Assembly (NCBI GenBank): GCA_951406725.2
Contig: OX597834.1
Span: 43,214,001 to 43,278,000 of the forward strand
Origin: Octopus vulgaris
Lineage: Eukaryota
Reading direction: 5' to 3'
Length of the DNA: 64,000 bases
Of the stretch, positions 1 to 13,239 are shown in pieces. The first letter of the stretch is position 1. Every line of letters begins with the position of its first letter. A program made the position numbers and the translations under genes. Under the pieces are notes generated by a model. The model did not search any database, was not told the origin of the DNA, and saw only the letters and a program-made list of their open reading frames with translations.

Positions 1-236
1 AACTCGAACCCAGAACGTATATACGTCATATCTTTTAGATAGAGGTCTTACTTAAGTGTTAGCCCCGCCATTCGATATTAATTCCTTTGGGTTTACATGT
101 GTATCATACCTATCTGTTTTATCTGCCCCTACATGCCTTTCGAGCATCACGTAATTTGTTGTGATTTCATGCTTCAGAATATAAAAAAATTTCCTTAGTA
201 AAACATGCCAATACACCGCTTGTTTGTCATTTTCTG

Positions 237-890
237 TTGGGTTGTCCGGAAAGTCCGGTTTTTAAGGAAAGACAAAGGTCAATAAATACTTGCCATTACA
301 TTTTTAATCAACCAAATATGAAACATTTTGTTGCCCAATGCGTCTTCATCTTCCCTTTAACTTGAAAATACCCTCTCCCCAGAATTGAGGTGGTCTCATA
401 GCAAAGAATTCATCAGGGTATCTTTTTACGTCATCCAAGTTGAAATTTTTACCATTAAGACTATTCTGCAAAGACTTGAATAAGCGGAAATCCGAAGGCA
501 TGACTTAATACTCATTCTATTAATAGCAAATTTTAATATGACTAGACGTGGTACAGAGGTTCCCTGAATAAGCATGGAATAATAGGAGCAATATCTGGTG
601 AATATGGAGGGTGGGGTAACACACCCCAGCCGAGCTGCAGCAATTTTTGTCTGGTTCTCAAAGCATCAAGTGCCGAAAATGAACTTTCTTATCTTCCATT
701 TTAAAAGGTTACAGAATCAACACAGTTTATAGGAACATAAATCATCTTCCACGAAAAGATGGCTTAAACTCTATTCTAAATGGAGGTGTAATCGAATCCT
801 ATGTTATGTATGTTATGGACTCAGCCATGTTCTAAAATAAGTCGAAAGGTAAGCTACTATAAATCGCCACGAACTTTCCGGACAACCCAA
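237..890 (-). mobile_element. Internally deleted (non-autonomous) mariner DNA transposon
   Basis: TIRs TTGGGTTGTCCGGAAAGT (237-258 region) and ACTTTCCGGACAACCCAA (ends 890) followed by TA. Minus strand gives N-terminal MEDKKVHFRHLML (699-661) joined to C-terminal RQKLLQLGWGVLPHPPYSPDIAP..SDFRLFKSLQNSL, the mariner YSPDLAP motif. Confidence 0.9.
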
Positions 891-2150
891 TATTTCATTC
901 ATATTATTGTAGCAGTGAGCATTTCTTGAAATATGCAGTCATGTCCTCCCGTTGATAAATAGAGAAATTGTTTTAAACAGAGAAACATTTCACTATTTCT
1001 CTGTTCCTTTCATCCTGTTTAATTTTCATGGTTTTGCATCCTTGGCCATCAGTAAACGAATTCCTTATATGTGGCTATTGTCCAACACTTATGATGCTTT
1101 CTACGCATTACTCTTTCTCTCTCTCCCTCTCTCTCTCTGCCTCTCTATGTCTGTCTGTCTGTCTCTCTCTCTCTGTAAATTTTCAGACATTCATTTAAGT
1201 TATATTATTCCATGCTTATTCAGGGAACCACTGTACCACGTCTAGTCATGTTAAAATTTGCTATTAATAGATTGAGTATTAATTCATGCCAATGAGAAAT
1301 AATAAGGTCGAACATGTTTAGAATTGTGACATTATTACGAGCATTTCTTTCTCAGTGTATTCCAATTTTTAAATCAATTTTAATTTAAATTACATTGCGA
1401 TCTGCTTTCTCCTGTCGAAGATTAATTATTCGTTTCGTAAAACAAATTTTTCTCATCACTACTGTATGAAATTTTAATTAAACAAAAATCACTTTCTACA
1501 TTTAATATGTATACTTTAGCATTACTACATGTTTTCTATGCAGCAGGCGTCTCCTGGTATTTTTCTCCAGTCGTTCTGAAATATGTCTATGAGTTGGTCT
1601 CCTCGACAGTTTTGGAATTCACTGTGAATACAAAGTTAATAAGAAACAATTACACTGTATGTTCACTAACGAGATTCTATTAATAATCTTTGAGGTGAAA
1701 GCCAAATTGCAGCTATTGAATACAATTTTTTCCTTTATAATCTCTCGACTTTTCTTGTATAAATTCCCAGGATTATATAATAATGATCAGCTATACATCT
1801 TTATTTTTATCTGCTGGTGGCATCAGAAGAGAAGTGAAAAGAGAAAAAAAATTACAAAACATGCATGCGATATATTTTGTTTTCATTTCCTTAGTTTCTC
1901 TGCTTAGTGATGTTACACATGCGCAGTGGGTATTGTTGTGAAGCTCAAAGGAGGAGAACTATGAGCTGAATATTAGTGACGTTGCAGACAATATCCGTGG
2001 TTCTTAGATCATATTAAACAATAGGTATTTCTTCCTTTTCGAAGGTCGTGCCCTGAGGGTCAGTTGGCTAGGATTTTAGGAGGTCGAACGAAACTGTACA
2101 ATAATTAACATTATCCGCAATATAACATTGCTTCTTTATTAATAATATAA

Positions 2151-2212
2151 TAATGGCGGTGCCCCAGCATAGCCACAGCTCGTGAGTTGAAACTAGATAA
2201 AATAAAATAAAA
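2151..2212 (+). mobile_element. Isolated LINE 3' tail (same type as 15049-15093)
   Basis: GGCGGTGCCCCAGCATAGCCACAGCTCGTGAGTTGAAACTAG followed by (ATAAA)n; matches the tail after the LINE ORF remnant at 15049 and the SINE-A tail. Confidence 0.6.
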
Positions 2213-2374
2213 TGTGATATGCAACTTAAATATTATGTATATGCTTGTGCATACGTTTGTGTCTGTGTATGAAAACGTGTACGCACATACTATAGCACTT
2301 AGCTAGAGCATAATCTGTTTGTTTGTTTTCCACCTGCCTTCGTCTTTTGTCTATTTTCAAGTGAGCTTCCCCTC

Positions 2375-2462
<88 letters not shown>

Positions 2463-2649
2463 TACAGTGTACATTCAAACACAAAAGAGATACCCAAATA
2501 ATAGGATATCTGACTCACTAGAAAGAGCAGTTAAACTCCAAGCCACTAATTGTTGTAATTCCGAAAGTGATTGAAAAATAAAAAAAACCTTTTACCTTAA
2601 TCCTAGACCCTGCAAGGTTTCTGCAGTCTTAAATACAGATTGAAATACA

Positions 2650-2815
2650 ATGTGACAAAGGTTGGCTCTTTGAAATACTGACACAATTCATTCTTGCCAG
2701 GTGAGTGGACAGCAGAGACGTGAAACAAGGTATCTTGCTGAAGGACAGGACGCGTCGCCGGGAATTGAACTCACGATTTTTACGATCGTGAGCCAAATAC
2801 CTTAACCATTAAGCC
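2650..2815 (-). mobile_element. SINE-D (tRNA head + CORE-like domain) with start of tail T2, diverged
   Basis: Minus strand: TGGCTTAATGGTTAAGG (A box), GAGTTCAATTCCC (B box), TGTCCTTCAGCAAGATAC (CORE-like), then GTATTTCAAAGAGCCAACCTTTGTCACA matching the tail of SINE-C at 26905-26930. Confidence 0.7.
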
Positions 2816-3484
2816 AAACACAGATTGATCTAGTATTAAAAAAAAACGCCAACAACAATATAAACACTGGTCGCAATCCACTAACGAATCAGACGACATC
2901 ATCATATAAGCATCCAAAGAACAGACATTACACACTTAAAAAAACAAACAAGCCAACATCCATTTTGATGATGGCAGCTGTCACACAGACCGAAGGCAAG
3001 CAACGACATGTTTTTATAATTGCTTTAACTTATAGAGATGTGAATGGCGGATATTTTAATGGTAATATGCAACAAGATGCTGTCACGGGTCATTGATTAC
3101 AATTAATGGTGGGGAGAATACTGTTGATGATATAGATTTTCACGCTACACCTCATTTCTGCGGAGATAATGATGCAGGATCATTTGTTTGTTACGTGTGG
3201 TTCTATATATATATAAACATGCATAATATATATATGTATATATATATATAAATATGTGTGTGTGTGTGTGGGTGTATGTGTGTGGGTGTGTGGGTGTCGT
3301 TTTTGTTCTTTAATCTGGTTATTGTTTATATTGAAGGTGTTATTGTCATGCGTTCTGCTCCGTGTCATCCTCATATACTGTTGACATAGTTTAGGTTATC
3401 AATGCAACAGATTATAAGGATTTATGTATTCGTGGGTATGTATACGCGCACACACTTCTCATATAGATGAGTATTCAGAGATGG

Positions 3485-3529
<45 letters not shown>

Positions 3530-3643
3530 CCTCAATCCCAGGTCGAATTCCAAAAGTAACAGTAATTCTGGAACTGGTTTGCTGCAGCTCAAAGTTACTA
3601 TTTAGAAGGAAATGATACTAAAAAATAGGCAATAGTTCGGGAA

Positions 3644-3685
<42 letters not shown>

Positions 3686-3819
3686 GATAGCGACACTTAT
3701 GATAATTCACTGCTTTCTCCTCTGCACGTCTTTACCTGCCTCTCTCCCTCAATTTTCGTCTTCATAGCCATCGAAAAATACAGTAATATATCTATCTATA
3801 TAATCTGAATATTCTTACG

Positions 3820-3977
3820 TATGTCGTGTGAACATAATATATGTATTATGCGTGTGTGTATATGGAATACTGAATATGCACGAACACATTGATATATATA
3901 TATATATAGATATATGCATAAATGTGTATAAGTGTATATCTTCCTATCTATCTCTCTATCGGTATACACACGCACAG

Positions 3978-4029
<52 letters not shown>

Positions 4030-4400
4030 CTGCAAGAATGTATATAAGTTTATATCTATCTATCTATCTATCTATCTATATATGTATCATATATTTATAT
4101 ATATATATATATATAAACATATACATACATATGTATTTAAATATATATATATATATACAAACATGTATATATATGCATATAGGTATGAATGTATGTAAGT
4201 ATATATATATATGTATAAATATGTGTGAGTGTATGTATATATATATACACACATGTATGCAAGTATATATTTTATATCCTTTAAAATACACGTTTACTTA
4301 TATCTATGCATATAAATATATAATAATATATATATATTTATTTATATATGTATATATCTGTGTACGTGCGTGTGTGTGCGTGTGTGTGTGTTTGTGTACG
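3820..4400. repeat. Compound (TA)n/(CA)n/(TG)n/(CTAT)n microsatellite block
   Basis: Directly visible. Comparable blocks at 6900-7500, 8435-8925, 9940-10500, 17100-17370, 43290-43670, 47770-48900, 53880-54430, 58190-58670, 60280-60610 and 61425-61860. Confidence 0.95.
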
Positions 4401-4786
4401 AATGCTTAAGAAAACTTAAACTTTCACAATAAACCAAAAACGATTGTATGTAGATTTCATAGTCTGCCATAGTAGGCCTAAGCATTTGACATTTGCAAAA
4501 TATTATTGAGATATTTTGGACTAGAAATATCGCTACATACTTCCTAAATGTCAGATGAAAATTTCAGTGATTTTTTTTTTGTCCTTCTTATTCTTAAGAG
4601 ATATAGAAAGTATTTAGAAAAAATACAAACAATTATTCTTGTATGTATGAGTCTTCTTGTGTTTGTATTTGCGAATTTTCTTCATGTTTCGTATATTTTT
4701 GCGTGAGAAGACGATTCAAAGAGATGGAGTGTTTAGGCAATATCGTTTGTAAAATAGACAAGAATACATATATACATTTATAAATA

Positions 4787-4840
<54 letters not shown>

Positions 4841-4900
4841 GCTTATATGTATATACCTATGTCTGTATATATGTATGTATTTATGTAGTGTATATGTTTG

Positions 4901-4941
<41 letters not shown>

Positions 4942-5181
4942 GTTTGACAGCTGTAAGGAGTATACGTATATTTTCGTAAATCAGTGCAATTTATGTTTGA
5001 AATCTAACTGGATGTTGTTAATGAAAGTTTCAATTACATTGGTAAGGAATTCTTTTGTATTGACCAATGGAAATTCCGAATACTCCATGTTTCTATTGCA
5101 CTTTAACTCTCGTTTATTCTCTTCTTCTCTATATATTCCCAAAATAACAATATCTATCTATCTATCTATCTATATATATGT

Positions 5182-5226
5182 TTGTGAGTGGATTTGGTAG
5201 ACGGAAACTGAAAGAAGCCCGTCGTA

Positions 5227-5274
<48 letters not shown>

Positions 5275-5492
5275 CGTGTGTGTTTGTGTGTCTGTGTTTG
5301 TCCCATAGCATCGATTGCCAACAGATGCTGGTGTGTTTATGCCCCCGTCACTTAGTGGTTCGGCAAAAGAGACCGATAGAATAAGTACTGGGCTTACAAA
5401 GAATAAGTCCCGAGGTTGAGTTGCTCCATTAAATGTAGTGCTGCAGCATGGCCGCAGTCAAATGACTGAAACAAGTAAAAGAGAGTAAAAGA
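5182..5492 (+). mobile_element. SINE-A, 5'-truncated
   Basis: TTGTGAGTGGATTTGGTAGACGGAAACTGAAAGAAGCCCGTCG, internal (TA)n(TG)n, ends CAGCATGGCCGCAGTCAAATGACTGAAACAAGTAAAAGAG; collinear with copies at 17929, 30462 and 51063. Confidence 0.9.
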
Positions 5493-5523
5493 TATATACA
5501 TATATATAATTTTTTTCTCTTTT

Positions 5524-5813
5524 TCGACCAGGCTATCAGATGTTGCTACATATCGCTGGTCACAATGCGCTTCGCATTGTTTTAGCCTTCAAAAGACGCC
5601 ACCCCGTTGGCTAAGCGAGCAGGCCTACAAAAGAAAGAGTGAGAGAAAGTTGTGGCAAAACAGTAGAGCAGGGATCGCCACCACCCCCTACCGAAGCCTC
5701 GTGGAGCTTTAGGTGTTTTCGTTCAATAAATACTCACAACACCCGGTCTAGGAATCGAAACCGCGATCCTTCGATCGCGAGTCCGCTGCCCTAACCACCG
5801 GACCATTGCGCCG

Positions 5814-5815
<2 letters not shown>
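5524..5815 (-). mobile_element. SINE-C (tRNA-derived head) with tail T1
   Basis: Minus strand GGCGCAATGGTCCGGTGGTTAGGGCAGCGGACTCGCG...GGTTTCGATTCC (A/B boxes); head shared with 26702 and 31950 copies, 3' part different. Confidence 0.85.
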
Positions 5816-5874
<59 letters not shown>

Positions 5875-6904
5875 ATTCTTTTTTGAGGGAATATTATTCC
5901 TAACTTGCAGGGAAAAATTCAATTTAGAAATACTAAATCAAATTTCACAATATATAATATATATATAAATTAGAAAAATACACCTTTTATCAAATCAAAA
6001 TGAACAATTAAATTACACCATCTAGAAAATTACATATGACAGAAATATTAAAATTAAAATAACGATAATATACCGATGATTAAGTAAATTGCAAAATAAT
6101 AACGTATATATTTGGCAGTATTATTAGTAATACCAGTAGTAGTAGTAGTAGTAGTAGTAGTAGGAGAAGGAGGAGGAGGAGGGGGAGGGGTGGTGGAGGA
6201 GGAGTATTAGTAGTAGTTATAGTAGTAGTAGTAGATATCAAAGAATTGCTGTGGGCGGGCTAGAATTACACAATGACAATAACGAAACAAAAACAACACA
6301 AAATAAAATAACAGAAGCAGAATAAGAAAAGAAAATAAGCTAAGAAAATACTGCAATCGGTGAGATGTGTAAAGAAAGAAAAAAAATGGTAAAGTGAAAG
6401 ACAAGCAAACGGATAGAATGAAGAAGAAAAAAAAAGAAAAGAATAGAAAAGAGTATAAAAGAGAATGGAAAAAAAAAAAAAGCAACGGAGGAAAGAATCG
6501 AAAATAAGACGACAACGTGAGTCTTCGGCGTTGAGTTTTCGGTTTCATGTGAGATCCGAAAGATTATTTAAACTGATATCAATGAGAAAATGCTTGATGT
6601 TGCCGAGATGGAAATTATAAGGAAGTTAGGACAATATGGCGGATAAGTAGAGAGAAGAAGAGGAAAGATGCGCGATTAGCTTCGAGGCTTTCATAGAATA
6701 TCGCTGATTAAGGAGATGATGAACTGGCCTCAGAGAATGGTAAGGAGAGATAGAAGGGGGGAAATATGCATGTGGCTGTGTGTAGGTGTGTATATACGTG
6801 TGTGGATGTGTGGGTGGTGTTGCAGTAGCCGTGATAATGGATGATGACAGAACCATGATCAGTGAAAAAGCCATTTATCAGATCATATCACATGAAGCAT
6901 ACAG

Positions 6905-6939
<35 letters not shown>

Positions 6940-7147
6940 GGCTTATGCTCACACATGTGCACAACCGATCATGCGTATATAAACACATATACATATGCAC
7001 CTACACACACACATACACACACCTACGTACACACACACACACGCACATACCTGCACGCATGATAAATGTACATATATATATATACATAAAAAATATCTAT
7101 ACATACGTATATATGTGTGTGTGTTTGTGTCTCTGCGTGTATATACA

Positions 7148-7188
<41 letters not shown>

Positions 7189-7191
7189 GTG

Positions 7192-7222
<31 letters not shown>

Positions 7223-7264
7223 TTATATATATATATGTATATACATATACATATCAACATATCA

Positions 7265-7325
<61 letters not shown>

Positions 7326-7366
7326 AGTGTGTTTATATATATATATATATATGTGTGTGTGAGTGT

Positions 7367-7410
<44 letters not shown>

Positions 7411-7600
7411 ACATATATACATATCAATATATATATACATATATATTTATACATATTAATATATATATGTGTATATATATATTCTAAACACATGTACACA
7501 ATCATATGCTGATACAAATATACACCCTCTTTCCCCCGTGTATGATGCATTCAGTATCATCAATATATGATATACATACATTCACATACACACACGCACA

Positions 7601-7700
7601 CACGCGCACATATAATTGCATACATAAATAAATGCATTTAAACATACACACACGCGCACATATAATTGCATACATAAATAAATGCATTTAAACATACACA
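7601..7700. repeat. Perfect 50-bp tandem duplication
   Basis: CACGCGCACATATAATTGCATACATAAATAAATGCATTTAAACATACACA occurs at 7601-7650 and 7651-7700. Confidence 0.95.
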
Positions 7701-8432
7701 TAGGTGTATCTATATGTACATTCATATACATACATAATTATAAATATATTAACAAACACGCACACACACCCACACATAAACACAAACAGACACTCGCACA
7801 AAAAACATACATACATATACATACGCATACATGCGCATATTCATATACATTTTTATAAACATGCCTACATGGAAACAGACAAACATACACACGTTGAGTC
7901 GGTCTCACACTTATAAAGATATATTTTCCCTTCCTGTCAACTGTCTTAGGTGACTGATAAATGAACTTTAACCTCCCAGGACTGTAAACAGATGCCAACC
8001 TCCCACTTCACCACCGTTTATATCAATTATTATTATTATTATTATTACTTTTATCCAGTGGCATTCGATACAGTATTAGTATCATGTATGCCTACAACCA
8101 AAACAAACAAAAAGAAAGTAATGATAATCAGAGAAAGCAAAACACTATTCAAATGAAAAGATTTGTGTAAGATGATGCAAGTGTTTTTAAAGTATAGTAT
8201 TCTGGCCGCCTCAGCTCCAGCAATCTTTGTGTTGTTTGGTTATTGTTAGGGAACTGCGACTTAAGTTAAGCCAAGGAGATGAGCTGTATTTGATCCGAAG
8301 TACAATAATACTTCTCTTTCTCTTGCTGTAAAATATGAATAGCGAGTACAGCTTTAAAACAATGTTGTTAATAACAATATGAACTACGATGAAAGAGTGA
8401 GGAAGAAAGAGAAAGTTAAGCCAAAACCGACA

Positions 8433-8573
<141 letters not shown>

Positions 8574-8716
8574 CATATATACACATATATACATGTATAT
8601 ATATATATATATAAATACTTATACATATATATATACATATATATATACATGTATATTTACATATACATATACACATATACATATATATACATGTATATAT
8701 ATGTATATATAGACAT

Positions 8717-8749
<33 letters not shown>

Positions 8750-8842
8750 CATACATACATATATACATACATATATATATATATATATGTATGTATGTAT
8801 GTATGTATATATATATATATACATACATACATATATACATAC

Positions 8843-8874
<32 letters not shown>

Positions 8875-9950
8875 GTATGTATATATATATATATATATAT
8901 ACATACATACACATACATATATACCTGACACTGGACGCCGGGTAATGCAAACAAGTTCTCTCCAATGTAAATAAATCGTAAAGCTGAGACGCATCGTTGT
9001 AGTAATTGAAGTTCGACAAATCTCTAACTGAGGTCATTTATGGTGACATCTCCATTTTAGATGTGTACAATGAACAACTAAAGCAACAAACAAAAACTAA
9101 CCGTCGCCATAATGAAAACAACAATGATAATAACAATAATAATTATATTCATAATAATAAAAGTCTTTAGAAGGCAGACATATAATTTTCCTCTCACAAT
9201 ATAATTAGAGTGTTTTGCCGAAGAATTATTATGAACAATAATACGGATTCATTATTTCTCGGTTATTTTTAAGAGGTCCTAACGGGTTAATCGGTATATA
9301 TTGAATAAATTGATGTACTTCTCTCGCGTAATGGAAATAATTTCGTTTCAAAGGAAAAGAAATCACTGTTATCTTTTGTCATCAAAGCTTTACAATATTT
9401 TCACATCATAGAATAATAGTCAAGCTACGAAGTCGATGATATTACTGATTAATTTATTACAACTCCTAATAAAAGCTCACCAAATTCTTTCTTTTCCCCT
9501 TTCTTTCAGAGCTCAAACGGCGCGACACACACAATTTGCGCATAGACTACTGCAACAACAACAACAACAACAACAATAAACTACTACTACTACTACTATA
9601 AGAGTTAATGAATGAACTAATAAATAATATGGTGACAGATAGAAATTAGTAAGAATATTGGTCACGAAAACAGACACGTAGCATGTTATGATAGGTTTGA
9701 AACTGCAAGTCACCCCTCGGTCAGCAAATCTGTGTTCAAAAGATTCTCCGGTTGTGACCATCTCGTCGGTTGATGTATTTATGTATTTCGTATAAGCATG
9801 ACTTTGGCGAAGGTTGTTACGAATTTTCGCTGACTACTATTAACATAATGGTAATAAATGATAATGATGTTTTAACACACACACACATGCAATATATACA
9901 CATACACGCAAGCACATATACACTCCAGTACATGTCTATATATACGTATA

Positions 9951-9997
<47 letters not shown>

Positions 9998-10028
9998 TGT
10001 AGATATATATATATATATATATATGTAG

Positions 10029-10080
<52 letters not shown>

Positions 10081-10120
10081 GTATATATATTTATGTATAT
10101 ATATATATATATATATGTAG

Positions 10121-10152
<32 letters not shown>

Positions 10153-10445
10153 ACATTTATATATATATATGTATATATATTTATGTATATATATATATAT
10201 ATATATGTAGATATATATATATGTATACATATATGTATATATATGTATATATATATATGTAGATATATATATATGTATACACATATGTGTATATATATAT
10301 GTATACATATATATATATATATGTATATATATTTATGTATATATATATATATATATGTAGATATATATATATGTATACATATATGTATATATATGTATAT
10401 ATATATATATGTAGATATATATATATATATGTATACACATATGTG

Positions 10446-10502
<57 letters not shown>

Positions 10503-10902
10503 ATTGGCAGAGACGATGTAGGGAGGAAGAAGTAGAAGACGAGATCTGAGCAGTCGATTAATTATATCCCGACGCCATAAATATTTGGTGGGAGCAGGCA
10601 GTCAAACCAGTGTAACCCAGTACACTGTAATTATTTAATCGATACCAAGAGGGTTGAAAGTACTGAATATAAATTTAAAAATTCGAAGCTCACGATATAT
10701 TTTTCTGGTGGTCTATAGTTTGTCATCCATCGGCCGGAAACACTGACGGAAGGCAATAAGGTTTACGGGAAGGTTTTTGCGGATCGAACAGAAAAGAAAT
10801 TTTGGATTAGTAATTACTTTATCGACAACCGGAGGGCGAAATGGTGTTTCAACTGTCACAGAATTTGAACTCAAATCGCGCATATTATGTAATATACTAT
10901 TG

Positions 10903-11115
10903 TTTTAAATTTTGGCACAGGGCCAGAAATTTCGGGGTTAGGGGATAAGTCAATGCCAGCAACCCCAGTAATCAGCTGGTGCTTATTTCATCGAATCCGA
11001 AAGGATAGAATGCAAAGTCGAACTCGACGAAATTTGAACTCGCACCATAAATACGGACGAAATTCCGCTAACCATTTTAGCTAGCGCGCTATCAATTCTA
11101 TCAACCGACTGCCTC
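10903..11115 (-). mobile_element. SINE-B with tail B2, diverged
   Basis: Contains ATCGAATCCGAAAGGATAGAATGCAAAGTCGAACTCGACGAAATTTGAACTC, the reverse complement of the SINE-B core; tail GGCACAGGGCCAGAAATTT. Older fragments at 10570-10660 and 10800-10875. Confidence 0.75.
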
Positions 11116-11204
11116 ATATGTAATAAACACACACTCCCGCGACCACACACAGATATACATGTACATGCATACATACATATATACATACATATATATATAT
11201 ATAC

Positions 11205-11267
<63 letters not shown>

Positions 11268-11275
11268 TATATATA

Positions 11276-11653
11276 CCGGAGTAAACACATAAATGTGAAA
11301 CAAGGTGGAAAAAAGAGTACTCAAATACCAGTGGTAGAGTAATATGCTTTATTTTAAGCAGCAGAAAATTCAACAAAACCTGTTACTCTGAGTTTCCCGT
11401 TGCCGTTCATGTCCGATGAACGGCAACGGATGAAACTCAAGTAACAGGTTTTGTTGAATTTTCTGCTGCTTTAAATAAAGTAAAGTATATATATATATAT
11501 ACTTCATTATTAAATCTGCAAAGACACTACAAAAATATCACAAAAAATGCTACACAGAGTTTTTGCAGCTTTAATAACAATGCATATTACTCTAATTCTG
11601 CTATTTGAATACTATTTTCTTCCACCTTGTTTCACATTTATGTGCTTACTTGG
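11276..11653. mobile_element. Nested fold-back element beside a (TA)n tract, probably a Penelope-like pseudo-LTR derivative
   Basis: Inner arms about 11347-11410 / 11416-11480 and outer arms 11276-11347 / 11582-11653 are reverse complements; hammerhead motif at the axis. Confidence 0.65.
11410..11446 (+). ncRNA. Minimal type I hammerhead ribozyme motif (U4C variant)
   Basis: UGU-CCGAUGA-A-CG-GCAA-CG-GAU-GAAAC-UCAA-GUA-ACA: stem I UGU/ACA, core C(C)GAUGA, short stem II with GNRA loop, GAAA, stem III, GUA cleavage triplet. Confidence 0.5.
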
Positions 11654-13239
11654 GTGTAATTACAATACACCCACCGAACGTGCCACGCTGTGACACAGAA
11701 CGTGGAATCACGTCGCATGTGGTTGGGAAGGATGTTCCTTGCCACAGAGCAACGCTAGAATCTATGTGTAAATTGTTGTTTGTCATGTCATAATGTCAGA
11801 ATTCAGTAATTATTTTACACATTTAAGCAAGAAGCTCGTTGTATAAAAGGGATTAACCCAGCTCAATCCATCATTGATGATCCGGCGGATGGAGTTAACA
11901 ATGGAATTCGTGTGTGTTAGTACGAAGGGCTAACTCACATAGCTGTGTCTTCTTCAAGCCGTAGTCTTTCATTTTTAAACCCTGCTTTATCCAGGGAACA
12001 AATACCCGAAATAACCCTAAAAGATATGATACAGTAAGTGATAGCATAACTTGGATTCTAGGTCTAAAAAATCATGGTTAATCTGTGAAAAAACTTTAAA
12101 ATTCATAATTTCTGGTATAGCTATATAAATTCTTATGTGACTTTTCGCTGTTGATTATAAATCCATAATAATCAACCGTAATTGAACAAACCTATAAGGA
12201 AATATATTCCTTCCGTGCCAATCACTCTTTATAGCAATGTCTAGGACTGCATTATCTAGTGAGTCCTTCCCGCTTTTTGAAAGTACAGTAACTTTTGACA
12301 CAAGTTGATTCAACTCATCTTTTATAACATCTCCGGGGCTCTAATACAGATGTCTTTGATGCGCAAGTCTGATATTTCTGCCTATTATGCGCTTTAGATT
12401 AATTAATTACTGAGTAGAAATGATGCAACGATACTGCATATATGTTATGATCGATTTGCACCTAAATATACACAAAGTACTGAAGACAATTATTTCTGAA
12501 TCAATATCAAGCTGTACCCAGCATTCATGTCATAAACTGCTTTTCCATTATTGCAAACATCACTAAAATAACTGACAGACAGCCAAAAAAACACACACGC
12601 GGTGGCACATGATTTACGGTACATCATCCTTTGTCTGTTCGGAATGTTGAATGCTAATGAAACCTGCATTTTGCTGGGGTTTTGTTTTTATGTTGATGAA
12701 AAAGAAATTCATCTGGGTTCTTTCGAGTGCACTTACCTAATACTTTTTAGACTTTCCCTAATCAATCCAGTTCATGTCCTTTCCTCTCCTGAAACTATCT
12801 CATGTAAAAGAATCGAAATATATATTCTTATAATTTCGATAATTCTCCTGATCCATTCTTTTATTGCTCATATATCCGTGATTCTTTCTTTTCTTTATTA
12901 AAAGAGAGGTAGTTTTTTCCTTTCCAGACAAGAATATTGATTCTAATACCAGGATCACTAATTGGTGCGTTTCTTTCAGCATTGTTAGGTCTTTGAGTAT
13001 AAAAATGAAATCTACATTATCCTTGCTAAAATTACTTTAGTTTTAACGCCTTGATTAAGTTACATTTAAATTCCAACAAAAATAAATGTGATGTTCACGT
13101 ATAATATATGGTGAAAGATTTTACTTTGTCATCTATATATAGGTTAGTAATGAATTTTTGTATGAAACCTTTTAAAATGTATAGCGGAAATTTCAAACTC
13201 ATAAGCTTTTCACTACGTTGATATTGCATGCTTCACACG

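Noticed and set aside
1-75. Possible tRNA or SINE head on the minus strand (GGGTTCGAGTT B-box-like)
   Set aside because: Cut by the window edge and no cloverleaf can be drawn.
9486-9570. Polypyrimidine + CAG acceptor-like site (similar at about 31345-31366 and 38922-38938)
   Set aside because: No matching donor or credible reading frame; such sites are common by chance.
12100-13030. Possible very old L1/Tx1 ORF2 on the minus strand (VDFIF, YQTCA-like words)
   Set aside because: Motifs are short, in different frames and not in consistent order; needs blastx.
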